A stretch of DNA of 64,000 bases from Candidatus Velthaea sp. (lineage in GTDB: Bacteria > Vulcanimicrobiota > Vulcanimicrobiia > Vulcanimicrobiales > Vulcanimicrobiaceae): assembly GCA_965214935.1 (NCBI GenBank), contig CBDCCS010000021.1, forward strand, positions 239,089 through 303,088. The letters are read 5' to 3'. The notes beneath the pieces were generated by a model. The model did no database searches, was not told the DNA's origin, and was given only the letters and a program-made list of their open reading frames with translations. Position 1 is the stretch's first letter, and each line of letters begins with the position of its first letter. The translations under genes were made by a program, and so were the position numbers. Shown here in pieces: positions 18,337 to 27,415 of this stretch.

Positions 18337-19742
18337 TGGCCGCCGTCGGCGTCAATCCGGTCAACATCGCGTATCTGGTGACGGGCGTGCTGTTCATCGT
18401 GGGCCTGCGCTATCTGAGTTCACCGCGCACTGCGCGACTGGGCAATCGGCTCGCGGCGCTGGGCATGCTCATCGCCCTCGTCGCGGTGCTGTCGCAAGGG
18501 ATCGTCCAGTGGTGGATCATCGCAGTCGGCGTCGTCGTCGGCGCCGCGGTCGGCATCTACTCGGGCCGCGTCGTCAAGATGACGGCAATGCCGCAGATGG
18601 TCGCGCTCTTCAACGGCGCCGGCGGCGGCGCAGCGGCGCTCGTGGCAGCCGGCGAATTGCTCAAGCATCTCAATAGCGATCCGGGCGCAGCGTTACCGGG
18701 CGACTTTACCTTCACCATCGTGTTGACCAGCATCATCGGTGCCTTGAGTTTTTCGGGTTCGATCGTTGCCTTTCTTAAGTTGCAAGAAGTGATGACCGGC
18801 CGGCCGATCGTGTATCCGGGCCAGCAAGTCGTCAACGCGCTGGTGCTGCTCGTCGTGCTCGCCGGCGCGGGCTTCGTGATCGCAAACGTCAACACGCTGG
18901 GCTGGTTCACCGCGTCGATACTTGCGGCGCTTATTCTCGGCGTCTTATTCGTGCTGCCGATCGGCGGCGCCGACATGCCCGTCATCGTGTCGCTGCTCAA
19001 CTCGTTCACCGGTCTTGCCGCCGCGGCAACCGGCTTCGTGCTGCAAAATAACGTCCTCATTATCTCAGGCGCGCTCGTCGGTGCATCGGGTACGCTCCTA
19101 ACCGTGATGATGGGCAAAGCGATGAATCGCTCGATCACCAACGTGCTGTTCGGCGCGTTCGGCAGCGTCAAAGCGGGCGGCTCGGGCGGGTCTTCGTCGA
19201 CGAGCGGTCAGAACGTTCGTTCCGTATCGGCCGACGACGTGGCTGCGCTCGTCGCGTACGCCAATCAAGTGATCGTCGTGCCGGGCTATGGAATGGCTGT
19301 CGCACAAGCGCAGCACAGCGTCCGGGAGCTCGCCGATCAGCTTGAAAAGCGCGGCGTCGAAGTGAAATACGCGATCCATCCCGTCGCCGGACGGATGCCG
19401 GGACACATGAACGTCTTGTTAGCGGAAGCGAACGTGCCGTATCCGGCGCTGTATGACATGGACGATATCAATCCGGAGTTTTCGCGGACCGACGTGGCAC
19501 TGATCATCGGCGCCAACGACGTGACGAATCCGGCCGCCCGCAGCGATCCGAATTCGCCGATTTTCGGTATGCCGATTCTCGATGTCGACAAATCAAACAA
19601 CGTAATCGTGCTCAAACGTTCGATGAAACCGGGCTTTGCCGGAATCGATAATCCGCTCTACGACGACGCGAAGACCGCGATGCTTTTCGGCGATGCAAAA
19701 AAGTCGATCGACGCGGTCGTCTCGGCGGTGAAGAGCCTGTAA
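18336..19742 (+). CDS. pntB: NAD(P) transhydrogenase subunit beta
   Basis: 468 aa. Multi-TM N-terminal domain plus an NADP(H) dIII domain (VVPGYGMAVAQAQH, HPVAGRMPGHMNVLLAEA, IGANDVTNPAA). TAATG overlap with pntAB. Confidence 0.95.
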   Translation: MAAVGVNPVNIAYLVTGVLFIVGLRYLSSPRTARLGNRLAALGMLIALVAVLSQGIVQWWIIAVGVVVGAAVGIYSGRVVKMTAMPQMVALFNGAGGGAAALVAAGELLKHLNSDPGAALPGDFTFTIVLTSIIGALSFSGSIVAFLKLQEVMTGRPIVYPGQQVVNALVLLVVLAGAGFVIANVNTLGWFTASILAALILGVLFVLPIGGADMPVIVSLLNSFTGLAAAATGFVLQNNVLIISGALVGASGTLLTVMMGKAMNRSITNVLFGAFGSVKAGGSGGSSSTSGQNVRSVSADDVAALVAYANQVIVVPGYGMAVAQAQHSVRELADQLEKRGVEVKYAIHPVAGRMPGHMNVLLAEANVPYPALYDMDDINPEFSRTDVALIIGANDVTNPAARSDPNSPIFGMPILDVDKSNNVIVLKRSMKPGFAGIDNPLYDDAKTAMLFGDAKKSIDAVVSAVKSL

Positions 19743-19818
19743 CGCTTGATCGGGCACGCGCTTGGAACGAGGCCAAGGGCATCCGAGACGTGAATCGCCG
19801 TAAGGTGCTGGTGTCGCT

Positions 19819-20364
19819 GTGAACGGTACGTTTGACCCTGCGGTCGTTCGACAATACGCGCAACGGATCAGTGACGGCCGCTGGTTCGCCCACCTCGGCT
19901 TGCCGCTCGATGAACGCGAACAAGGCACCGTCGAAGCGTTCGTTCGGGCAACGGGCGCCGTCAAAGCCGTTCGTGCAACATCGTGGGAGGATGCCCGGAC
20001 GATCGTTGCCGACATCCGCGGTCGCGAAGCCGCTGCCGTCGACTCCGCCGAAGTCGAGCGTTTGAAGACGCGCGCGCTCGAAGCCACCGATCGCAATGCC
20101 CTCATGGCGGCGATGACGACGATCGTCGACGGCGGTCTGGAGATTTTTTTCGATCGGGCCGGCGCTGCAGCGCGCGCCGCGCGGATCACCGATCCCGCGA
20201 TCATTCGCGTTGCGGCGGGTGCGGCGTCAGAAGCGGTTTATCGCGCGGCACTTGCTGCCGCCGTCGGCGAGGCCGACGACCATCGCTTCATCCTGCGGTA
20301 CGATTTGTTTGCGAAGGGCCGCTGGCCGCTGGCGCGCATCGACGACGGCTTTTATCTGCTGTAG
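19819..20364 (+). CDS. Hypothetical protein
   Basis: 181-aa ORF with a GTG start, Ala-rich and probably helical. No family recognised. It sits just upstream of the UbiD-like gene. Confidence 0.45.
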   Translation: MNGTFDPAVVRQYAQRISDGRWFAHLGLPLDEREQGTVEAFVRATGAVKAVRATSWEDARTIVADIRGREAAAVDSAEVERLKTRALEATDRNALMAAMTTIVDGGLEIFFDRAGAAARAARITDPAIIRVAAGAASEAVYRAALAAAVGEADDHRFILRYDLFAKGRWPLARIDDGFYLL

Positions 20365-20406
20365 CCGGACTGGTTCCAATCCGGGCGTCGTCCAATTCCA
20401 TTTGCA

Positions 20407-21990
20407 ATGCTTGTTCGTTCGTTAGCCGACTTCGTCGACGTCCTGCGCGACGCGGGTGAACTGGCCGTCGTCGATGTCGCGGTCGACCGCTATCTCGAGA
20501 TCAGCGAGATTACCGATCGGGTCGTCAAAGCCGGCGGCCCGGCGTTGCTTTTTACCAACGTCATCGATAGCCCGTATCCGGTGCTGACGAATCAATTCGG
20601 CTCCGAACGCCGCATGGCGCTGGCGCTCGGCGCGCGCAGCTTGGCCGACGTCGAAGCACGGATGCGCAAGACGATCGACCTGTCGGTGCCGGATTCACTC
20701 GGCGGGAAGCTCGGCAAACTGCTTTCGCTAACGTCGCTGGCGAGTGCCATTCCGCGGACGGTCGAGAGCGGCGCTTGTCAGGAAGTCATCGACCTCGAAC
20801 CGGATTTACGGACGCTGCCGGTGTTGACGACTTGGCCGCTCGACGGCGGTCCGTTCGTCACCCTGCCGCTCGTTTTCACCGCGGATCCCGGCAGCGGTGC
20901 GCAGAACGTCGGCATGTATCGCGTTCAAGTGTACGATCGCAATACGACCGGCATGCACTGGCAGCGGCACAAACAAGGCCGCGCGCATGCCGCCAAGTGG
21001 GGCCGCCGCGTGCCGGTCGCCGTCGTCATCGGAGCGGACCCGGCCATCACGTACGCCGCGACGGCGCCGCTGCCGCCGATCGTCGATGAAATGGCACTCG
21101 CCGGCTTTTTGCGCGGCGCACCGATCGAGATGGTGCGCTGCAAGACGATCGATCTCAAAGTACCGGCAAACGCCGAATTCGTGCTCGAAGGTTACGTCGA
21201 CAACGAAGACATGCGCGTGGAAGGCCCCTTCGGCGATCACACCGGCGTATACAGTCTTGCCGATCACTACCCGACGTTTCACGTGCAGTGTGTGACGCAT
21301 CGCCGCAAGCCGATCTACGGCGCGACGGTCGTCGGTAAACCGCCGATGGAAGACGCATGGCTCGGCAAAGCGACGGAACGCCTTTTTTTACCGTTGCTGC
21401 AGATGGTCGTGCCGGAGATCGTCGATTACAATTTGCCCGTTGAAGGCGGTTTTCACAATCTCGCCATCGTTGCCGTCCGTAAGAGCTACCCGGGTCAGGC
21501 GAAGAAGGTAATGAACGCGTTGTGGGGCCTGGGGCACATGATGATGTTGACGCGCGTGCTGCTCATCGTCGATCATGACGTCGACCCCGCCGACGTTCGC
21601 GGCGTTGTTTGGAACGCGCTCAACAACGTCGATGCGTCGCGCGATCTTGTCGTCATGCCGGGTCCGGTCGACGATCTCGATCATAGCGGATCGTATCTCA
21701 TGTCGCTGGGCCACAAGGTCGGTATCGATGCGACGCGCAAACGCGCGGACGAAGGGTACGCACGTGATTGGCCGCCGGAAATCCTCATGAACGCTGCTAC
21801 GCGTGCGCATGTGAGCGCGCGCTGGGAGCAATACGGCATCGGCGATCTCTTGCACGGCACGGCCGACGACTATTCCGGTCAGGGACCCGCGCGCCTCAAA
21901 CGCCTGTTGTCGTCAGCCTCGATGGCCGACGATGCTGCGCCGCCGCTGACGTCCGCCGCGCGCCAGGCGTTGAAGCCGCCCGCCGTATGA
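20407..21990 (+). CDS. UbiD-family (prenyl-FMN dependent) decarboxylase, menaquinone/ubiquinone-type
   Basis: 527 aa. UbiD-like N-terminus LADFVDVLRDAGELAVVDVAVDRYLEISEITDRVVKAGGPALLFTNV, then QNVGMYRVQVYD and GGFHNLAIVAV. Confidence 0.85.
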   Translation: MLVRSLADFVDVLRDAGELAVVDVAVDRYLEISEITDRVVKAGGPALLFTNVIDSPYPVLTNQFGSERRMALALGARSLADVEARMRKTIDLSVPDSLGGKLGKLLSLTSLASAIPRTVESGACQEVIDLEPDLRTLPVLTTWPLDGGPFVTLPLVFTADPGSGAQNVGMYRVQVYDRNTTGMHWQRHKQGRAHAAKWGRRVPVAVVIGADPAITYAATAPLPPIVDEMALAGFLRGAPIEMVRCKTIDLKVPANAEFVLEGYVDNEDMRVEGPFGDHTGVYSLADHYPTFHVQCVTHRRKPIYGATVVGKPPMEDAWLGKATERLFLPLLQMVVPEIVDYNLPVEGGFHNLAIVAVRKSYPGQAKKVMNALWGLGHMMMLTRVLLIVDHDVDPADVRGVVWNALNNVDASRDLVVMPGPVDDLDHSGSYLMSLGHKVGIDATRKRADEGYARDWPPEILMNAATRAHVSARWEQYGIGDLLHGTADDYSGQGPARLKRLLSSASMADDAAPPLTSAARQALKPPAV

Positions 21991-22844
21991 ATCGCTTGCA
22001 GGTATTTCTAAAAGAGATCCGCGTCGAGCACACGCTCTTCGCGCTGCCGTTTGCCTACGTCGGCGCGGTCATGGCCGCGCGCGGAATTCCGACGTTCTGG
22101 CAGCTGTTTTGGATAACGCTCGCGGTCATCGGCGCCCGTACGGCGGCGATGGCGGCAAACCGATATTTTGACCGGACCATCGATCAGCGCAATCCGCGTA
22201 CGGCCCGGCGCGCCCTGGCCAGCGGGGTGCTAGCGCCCGGCGTCATGATCTGGGCGATGGCCGGCGGCATCGCTTTACTCATCGTCAGTGCAGCAATGCT
22301 CAATCCGCTGTGTTTGATGCTGCTACCGCTCGCGGCGCTCGGCATTCTGGTGTATCCGCTCTGCAAGCGATTCACCTGGCTCGTGCATTTCGTGCTGGGT
22401 GCAATCGATGCGTTTGCGCCGTTAGGCGCTTTCATCGCTGTTGCCGGAACCGTAACGCTGCCCGCGCTGTGTCTCTTTGTTGCAGTGACCGTCTGGGTCG
22501 CGGGCTTCGACATTTTATACGCGCTCATGGACTATCGCTACGACGTCGCCCAAGGACTGAACTCAATTCCGGCGCGGTTCGGCGAACGTGCCGGACGCGC
22601 GCTGCCCGTTGCGCTGCACGTTACGATGACCGTTGCATTGTTGGCTGCCGGCATCGTCGCACGCGCCGGCAGCGTCTATTATGCCGGCGTCGTGCTAGCC
22701 GCCATACTCGTCGTCTACGAAGAGCGGCTAATCGCAATGGCCAAAGATATCTTCGCGCTCAACGATCGAATATTCGTAACCAACATGGCGTTCTCGGTTG
22801 CGTTTCTCGTTACGACGCTCGCATCGTTCATGATCGCTGCATGA
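21987..22844 (+). CDS. UbiA-family polyprenyltransferase
   Basis: 285 aa from ATG 21987 (ATGA overlap with the upstream stop). Multi-TM protein with Asp-rich motifs AANRYFDRTIDQRN and DILYALMDYRYD. Confidence 0.85.
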   Translation: MNRLQVFLKEIRVEHTLFALPFAYVGAVMAARGIPTFWQLFWITLAVIGARTAAMAANRYFDRTIDQRNPRTARRALASGVLAPGVMIWAMAGGIALLIVSAAMLNPLCLMLLPLAALGILVYPLCKRFTWLVHFVLGAIDAFAPLGAFIAVAGTVTLPALCLFVAVTVWVAGFDILYALMDYRYDVAQGLNSIPARFGERAGRALPVALHVTMTVALLAAGIVARAGSVYYAGVVLAAILVVYEERLIAMAKDIFALNDRIFVTNMAFSVAFLVTTLASFMIAA

Positions 22845-23989
22845 TCGGTCGGACCGATTTCCTCGCTGGTTTGGCCGGCACCGGAACGCTCGCGGCCATC
22901 GATGTTCCGGCTTATGCCGCGACAATCGCAATCGGCGTCATTGCACCGCTGTCCGGCGCGTTTCGCACGGCCGGCGAACAGCTCGCCAACGGCGTCCGCG
23001 GTGCAATCGACTATCAAAATCGGCTTCGCGCCGGCTTTGATAAGGTGTATACGATGCGCACGTTCGACGATCAGAACGCCGTCGCCGACGCAATCGTCAA
23101 CGCCCAGTTCGCCATCGACGATCCGACGATCGTTGCCGTCATCGGTCACCTCGGTGCCAAAGGCACGATATCGGCGTTACGCACGTACGCACAAGCGCAG
23201 ATGCCGATTATCGCACCGGCCGTAACCGCCGACGAGCTAACGACTCGCGGCTATCGCAACGTCTTTCGGATGGCCACGCGCGACCTGACCGAAGGTCAGA
23301 TGCTGGCAACATTCGTGCGCGAAAAGTACCGCCCCAAAGTACCGCACGTGCTCGTTCAAGACGGCGATTACGGCCCTGACGTCGCCAACGGTTACGTGCA
23401 AGCGCTCGGCACGTCGAAGATCGACAGCAAAGTGACGATATTCGGCTATGACAAACCAGATTACGGCGGCGCCGCCGCCGCCGCCCTGGACGGCAAACCC
23501 GATCATATCATGCTCGCCGGAACCGCCCAGGACATGGGCCCACTCGTTAAAGTGCTGCGCGACAAGGGCTACGGCGGACCGCTGGCTGCGCCGCAGGGGT
23601 TCTTCGACGCCTTGACCGCCACCAAATACGTTAAAGAGTGCGAAGGCATCGTTATCTCGACATCGATGCCCTATCTTGCGATCGCGCCGGCCGCGTATCG
23701 GATTCTCAATGATTATCAAGCGGCGTACGGCCAGCTGGTTCCGGTATCGGCGTTTGCCTACGGTGCGGCCCAGATTATTTTTAGTGCCGTGCGCCGTTCC
23801 GGTGCAGCCTCACGCAACACGCTCGCAAGCGCGCTGTCACTCGGCGGAAATTACGATACGATCGTCGGCTCGTTTACCTTTTCCCCGGCCGGCGACCCGA
23901 TCGACCCGGAACTTTATTTTTACACAATTACGGACGGTAAATTCGCATATCTCCGGCAAGCGCACCCGTCGTCGTTCTTGCCGCGCTGA
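22841..23989 (+). CDS. ABC transporter substrate-binding protein (Leu/Ile/Val-binding type I PBP family)
   Basis: 382 aa from ATG 22841 (ATGA overlap). Signal-like N-terminus GRTDFLAGLAGTGTLAAIDVPAYA, followed by IAIGVIAPLSGAFRTAGEQLANGVRGAIDYQN. Confidence 0.8.
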   Translation: MIGRTDFLAGLAGTGTLAAIDVPAYAATIAIGVIAPLSGAFRTAGEQLANGVRGAIDYQNRLRAGFDKVYTMRTFDDQNAVADAIVNAQFAIDDPTIVAVIGHLGAKGTISALRTYAQAQMPIIAPAVTADELTTRGYRNVFRMATRDLTEGQMLATFVREKYRPKVPHVLVQDGDYGPDVANGYVQALGTSKIDSKVTIFGYDKPDYGGAAAAALDGKPDHIMLAGTAQDMGPLVKVLRDKGYGGPLAAPQGFFDALTATKYVKECEGIVISTSMPYLAIAPAAYRILNDYQAAYGQLVPVSAFAYGAAQIIFSAVRRSGAASRNTLASALSLGGNYDTIVGSFTFSPAGDPIDPELYFYTITDGKFAYLRQAHPSSFLPR

Positions 23990-23999
23990 ATAAGCGTAC

Positions 24000-24509
24000 C
24001 TATCTTAGCGAGTCGGCGTCGGGCGTATAGCCTCGTCCGTACAGCGCGTTCTTATTATGCGCCGGTACGAGCGTTGTCGGCGGAGCTTCTTCGCGCAACG
24101 GATAGCCGCTGCCGTCGCACGCCGCGAGCAGCGAGCCGCCGAACGACCGACTCATCAACGGCGGGCCGAAGACCAATGCGCTTGATGCTGCGTCGCTGTA
24201 GCCGGGCCGATCGACGCAGGCAAGGTTGAAGCGCGAACCGCCCGTTGCATTCAACCACGGATACGCTGCGCCGGTGATGAAGAAGCGCGGATTGGCTCGC
24301 AGTGCCGGCTGCGGCGGAGCGGTCTGCGTTCGCCGAATGACGGGCTCGAATTGCCGCAACATATCCGTTTGCATCGGGACGGGCATGCTTCTCATGCCCC
24401 CGGCAGCGCGGCCACCGGTCGGAGCGGCAACGGCGGGCAAACTAAGTACGGCGCACAATATGCCGGCGCCGACGGACGACCAACGCTTGACGTTCATGCG
24501 CCGAGCCAT
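24000..24509 (-). CDS. Hypothetical secreted protein
   Basis: Track ORF trimmed to MARRMNVKRWSSVGAGILCAVLSLPAVAAP (signal peptide). Last gene of the YtrA-type operon. ATG 24497 is an alternative start. Confidence 0.45.
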   Translation of the reverse strand: MARRMNVKRWSSVGAGILCAVLSLPAVAAPTGGRAAGGMRSMPVPMQTDMLRQFEPVIRRTQTAPPQPALRANPRFFITGAAYPWLNATGGSRFNLACVDRPGYSDAASSALVFGPPLMSRSFGGSLLAACDGSGYPLREEAPPTTLVPAHNKNALYGRGYTPDADSLR

Positions 24510-24544
24510 TCGGAATCGGTCGCGTTCTTGACTGCAATTTACGG

Positions 24545-25297
24545 CTAAATCTGCAGCCGCTTCCACTGCACGACGGCGATGCCGAGTAATGCGATGCCCA
24601 AGCCGTAGCCGAGAAAGCTCATTGCCGTTTGTACACCGGCGGGTAGACTCGAATCGGCGTGTTGGGTGTACATCGCAACGGGGTTGACCGTGTTGAGCGC
24701 TATGGAGAGCGCGTGAATGGGCGCAAGCGGTACCAAACCGAGCAATACGAGAGCGATCATCAGCGGCCAGAATAGTGCTGCGACGGTGCCGCGGTTGCGT
24801 TTCATCGAAGCACTCAGGGCCGTCACCCAGGCGTAAACGCAAAGGGGAAAACCACAAAAAGCGACGGCGCGTACGGACGCTTCCCAACTTGGCAAGATCA
24901 CCGCCTGCCGGCCGATATAACAATCTGTAACGATGCTTGCGCAGATCATTGTAAGAACGATGCACGCGGCCATCGCGGCGATGTCCACGGCAAAGACGCC
25001 TAGAGCGTACGTTTCGCGTGAGACGGGTTTCGTCCAAGCGAGTTCGAGATGCCCGTCGTTCTCCGCCGCGAGGTTGAGACCGAGCGCAGTTGCAAATCCG
25101 CCGACAAGCGCAGCGGCACCGGATAACAACTCGGCCAGGCTCACATTGACGGCGGCTAATTCCGCACTTCGCGTCGCGCCGATGCGAAAGACGCCCGGCC
25201 AATAGCGCAAAGCAATTGCAAGCAGCGAAATGCCGATTGCAAACAACGCATAAACGATAACCGCGCGGCGCACGCGCATATACGGCATGTACCACAT
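24545..25297 (-). CDS. ABC-2-type / YtrC-like integral membrane protein
   Basis: 250 aa from ATG 25297, 1 nt after the ATPase stop. About 6 hydrophobic helices. No further family detail is visible. Confidence 0.55.
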   Translation of the reverse strand: MWYMPYMRVRRAVIVYALFAIGISLLAIALRYWPGVFRIGATRSAELAAVNVSLAELLSGAAALVGGFATALGLNLAAENDGHLELAWTKPVSRETYALGVFAVDIAAMAACIVLTMICASIVTDCYIGRQAVILPSWEASVRAVAFCGFPLCVYAWVTALSASMKRNRGTVAALFWPLMIALVLLGLVPLAPIHALSIALNTVNPVAMYTQHADSSLPAGVQTAMSFLGYGLGIALLGIAVVQWKRLQI

Positions 25298-25298
25298 A

Positions 25299-26207
25299 TC
25301 ACTGACCCTCCAGCGTCGGGATGCGCGGTTCTTCAACCGCCGAAAAAAAGAGCTCTTCGAGATTCTGATCGAGCAGATGAATGCCGACCGGAGCGAGTGC
25401 ATTGACGTCGCGCATCACGCCGTCCGGATCGGCATGAACGTAGAGCCGTAAGGTGATTCCGCGCTGTTCGACGCGACGTATGCGCGCGTCGGTGCGAAAG
25501 GGCGTCGCATCGATCGGCGCAGCGAACACCGCTTCGACCATCTTTTCGCGGCTCCGTAATTCGTCGAGCTCGCCTTCGAGTACGACCTGCCCGTGTTTGA
25601 GGACGACGACGCGGTCGGCGGCGCGTTCGACTTGACCGATCTGATGCGACGACAGGACGATCGCCGTGCCCGAAGCGGCCGCCTCGATCAAGAGATCGAG
25701 AACTGCGCGCTGATGGATCGGATCCAGACCGCTCGACGGCTCATCCATAATCATGATCTGCGGCCGGATTGCAAAGGCGAGCACCAACCCGAGCGCCGTA
25801 CGCTGGCCTTTCGAAAGCCGGCCGACGCGTTTGCCCGGATCGAGTGAAAAAATTTCGAGCATCGTCTGCGCGCGGCGTGCGTCGTACGCGCGATACGCTC
25901 GGCGCATCATCTCGAGGTGATCGCTTCCCGTCAGGCGTTCGTAGAGCGCACTGCGTTCAGGGACGAAGGCGAGCGACTCGAACATTGCCGGGCGCGGTAC
26001 CGAGCCGGCAATGGTAATCGTCCCGGAGTCGGCGCGCGCTAGGCCCAGCATGCATTTGAACGTCGTCGATTTTCCCGAACCATTCGGTCCGAGCAGTCCG
26101 CAAATCGAGCCGGCGGCGACTTCAAACGAAACATCGCGAACCGCCTCGAACGCGCCATAACGCTTGCGTAACGACTGCACGACAATCGGGTTCACGTTAG
26201 TCCTCAT
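25299..26207 (-). CDS. ABC transporter ATP-binding protein
   Basis: Walker A GPNGSGKST, signature LSKGQRTALGL, Walker B IMIMDEPSSGLD, H-loop LSSHQ. Confidence 0.9.
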   Translation of the reverse strand: MRTNVNPIVVQSLRKRYGAFEAVRDVSFEVAAGSICGLLGPNGSGKSTTFKCMLGLARADSGTITIAGSVPRPAMFESLAFVPERSALYERLTGSDHLEMMRRAYRAYDARRAQTMLEIFSLDPGKRVGRLSKGQRTALGLVLAFAIRPQIMIMDEPSSGLDPIHQRAVLDLLIEAAASGTAIVLSSHQIGQVERAADRVVVLKHGQVVLEGELDELRSREKMVEAVFAAPIDATPFRTDARIRRVEQRGITLRLYVHADPDGVMRDVNALAPVGIHLLDQNLEELFFSAVEEPRIPTLEGQ

Positions 26208-26610
26208 CGGGATACCAGCGCTCGATCAAACGCGTGATGAGCGCGACGATGTCACGTCGCGGGACGCCGATGCTCCGCGCGTCTCGAACGGCGGCTTCGA
26301 GTGCGATTGCCGCTACATCGCCGACGGTTTTGCGCGTTTGGCGCACATCGGAGTTGCGCACGAAGGAGCCGCGGCCGGGGCTTGTCTCGATGAGTCCGTC
26401 CCGTTCGAGGTCGCGATACGCGCGGGCAACGGTATTCGGGTTGATCGTCAGTTCGATCGCGAGCTGCTTAACCGTCGGCAAACGTTCGCCGCCGGCAAGC
26501 GCCCCGACCGCAATCGATCGTTTTACTTGATCGATCAATTGCGTGTACAACGGGACGCCGCTACGCGGATCGATATTGAAGTTGCCCGGCACGCGGTCAG
26601 AACCGAACAC
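26197..26610 (-). CDS. GntR-family transcriptional regulator, YtrA subfamily
   Basis: Winged-helix signature GERLPTVKQLAIELTINPNTVARAYRDLERDGLIETSPGRGSFV with a short C-terminal extension. It heads an operon with an ABC ATPase and a membrane protein. GTG start; GTG 26592 is an alternative. Confidence 0.85.
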   Translation of the reverse strand: MFGSDRVPGNFNIDPRSGVPLYTQLIDQVKRSIAVGALAGGERLPTVKQLAIELTINPNTVARAYRDLERDGLIETSPGRGSFVRNSDVRQTRKTVGDVAAIALEAAVRDARSIGVPRRDIVALITRLIERWYPDED

Positions 26611-26751
26611 CCCACCCGCCGAAAAGCTTACTATCGGCGCCGATCGGAAGGCGGACGCGACGCTCGCCCTCGATGACGGGTAATGGACGGCGGACGATCG
26701 TGGTTACCGGCTGTTGTATTGGCATTTGAACTGCTCTCCTATTGAACTAGT

Positions 26752-26787
26752 GTATTAGTATAATAACGTATTAGGATAATAAGTCAA
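26752..26787 (-). promoter_or_regulatory. Candidate promoter and operator: two tandem TATTA-N3-TAATA palindromes plus a TTGACT -35 box
   Basis: AT-rich island in GC-rich DNA. Tandem 16-nt units GTATTAGTATAATAAC (26752-67) and GTATTAGGATAATAAG (26768-83) each hold a TATTA-N3-TAATA inverted repeat. On the minus strand, TTGACT (26787-26782) is followed by A/T-rich -10 candidates 17-19 nt downstream. Confidence 0.4.
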
Positions 26788-26818
26788 GGGCTTTTGTGCA
26801 GCCGTCGAAGAGAGCACA

Positions 26819-27316
26819 ATGCCGCACCCGCAACGCATCGCTCCCGCGCCCGGCCAAGAGTCGGTTTGGGATTATCCTCGCCCGCCGCGGCTCGAACGCG
26901 TCAACGTGCCGTTACGCATCGAACATGACGGCCGACGGGTAGCCGAGGCCGCAGGCGGCTGGCGCATCCTCGAAACAAGCCATCCGCCGGTGTATTACCT
27001 TGCGCCCGAAACGTTTCTCGCAACGCTTGCTCCGAACGAACGGACGTCGTTTTGCGAGTTTAAGGGAACGGCGCGTTATTGGGATCTCATGCACGAAGGA
27101 CGCGTTATCGTCGCGGACGTCGGCTGGTCGTATCCGCTCCCGGCACCAGCGTATCGCGACTTGGCGAATTGCATTGCCGTTTACGCGAGTCGCGTCGACG
27201 CGTGCTACGTCGGTAGCGAACGTGTCGCACCGCAAGCCGGAGACTTCTACGGCGGCTGGATCACCGCATCAATCGTCGGACCATTCAAGGGAGCCGCCGG
27301 AACGCGTGGCTGGTAG
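26819..27316 (+). CDS. DUF427 domain protein
   Basis: 165 aa. QESVWDYPRPPRLE ... ILETSHPPVYYLAP ... SFCEFKGTARYWDL matches the DUF427 pattern. Confidence 0.8.
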   Translation: MPHPQRIAPAPGQESVWDYPRPPRLERVNVPLRIEHDGRRVAEAAGGWRILETSHPPVYYLAPETFLATLAPNERTSFCEFKGTARYWDLMHEGRVIVADVGWSYPLPAPAYRDLANCIAVYASRVDACYVGSERVAPQAGDFYGGWITASIVGPFKGAAGTRGW

Positions 27317-27415
27317 TCGCGCCCGATCGTGGCTTGGATGCAAGAGACCACTGCCGTCGCATTTGCCGACCGCAGCGCTTTCCTGACCGACTCTATCGAT
27401 TTAACCGACTGTGCG

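Noticed and set aside
26759-26764. A perfect plus-strand TATAAT that might serve the DUF427 gene.
   Set aside because: The only -35-like hexamer (TTGAAC, 26742-47) is just 11 nt away. The hexamer is simply the complement of the AT-rich operator repeat. No plus-strand promoter call is made.
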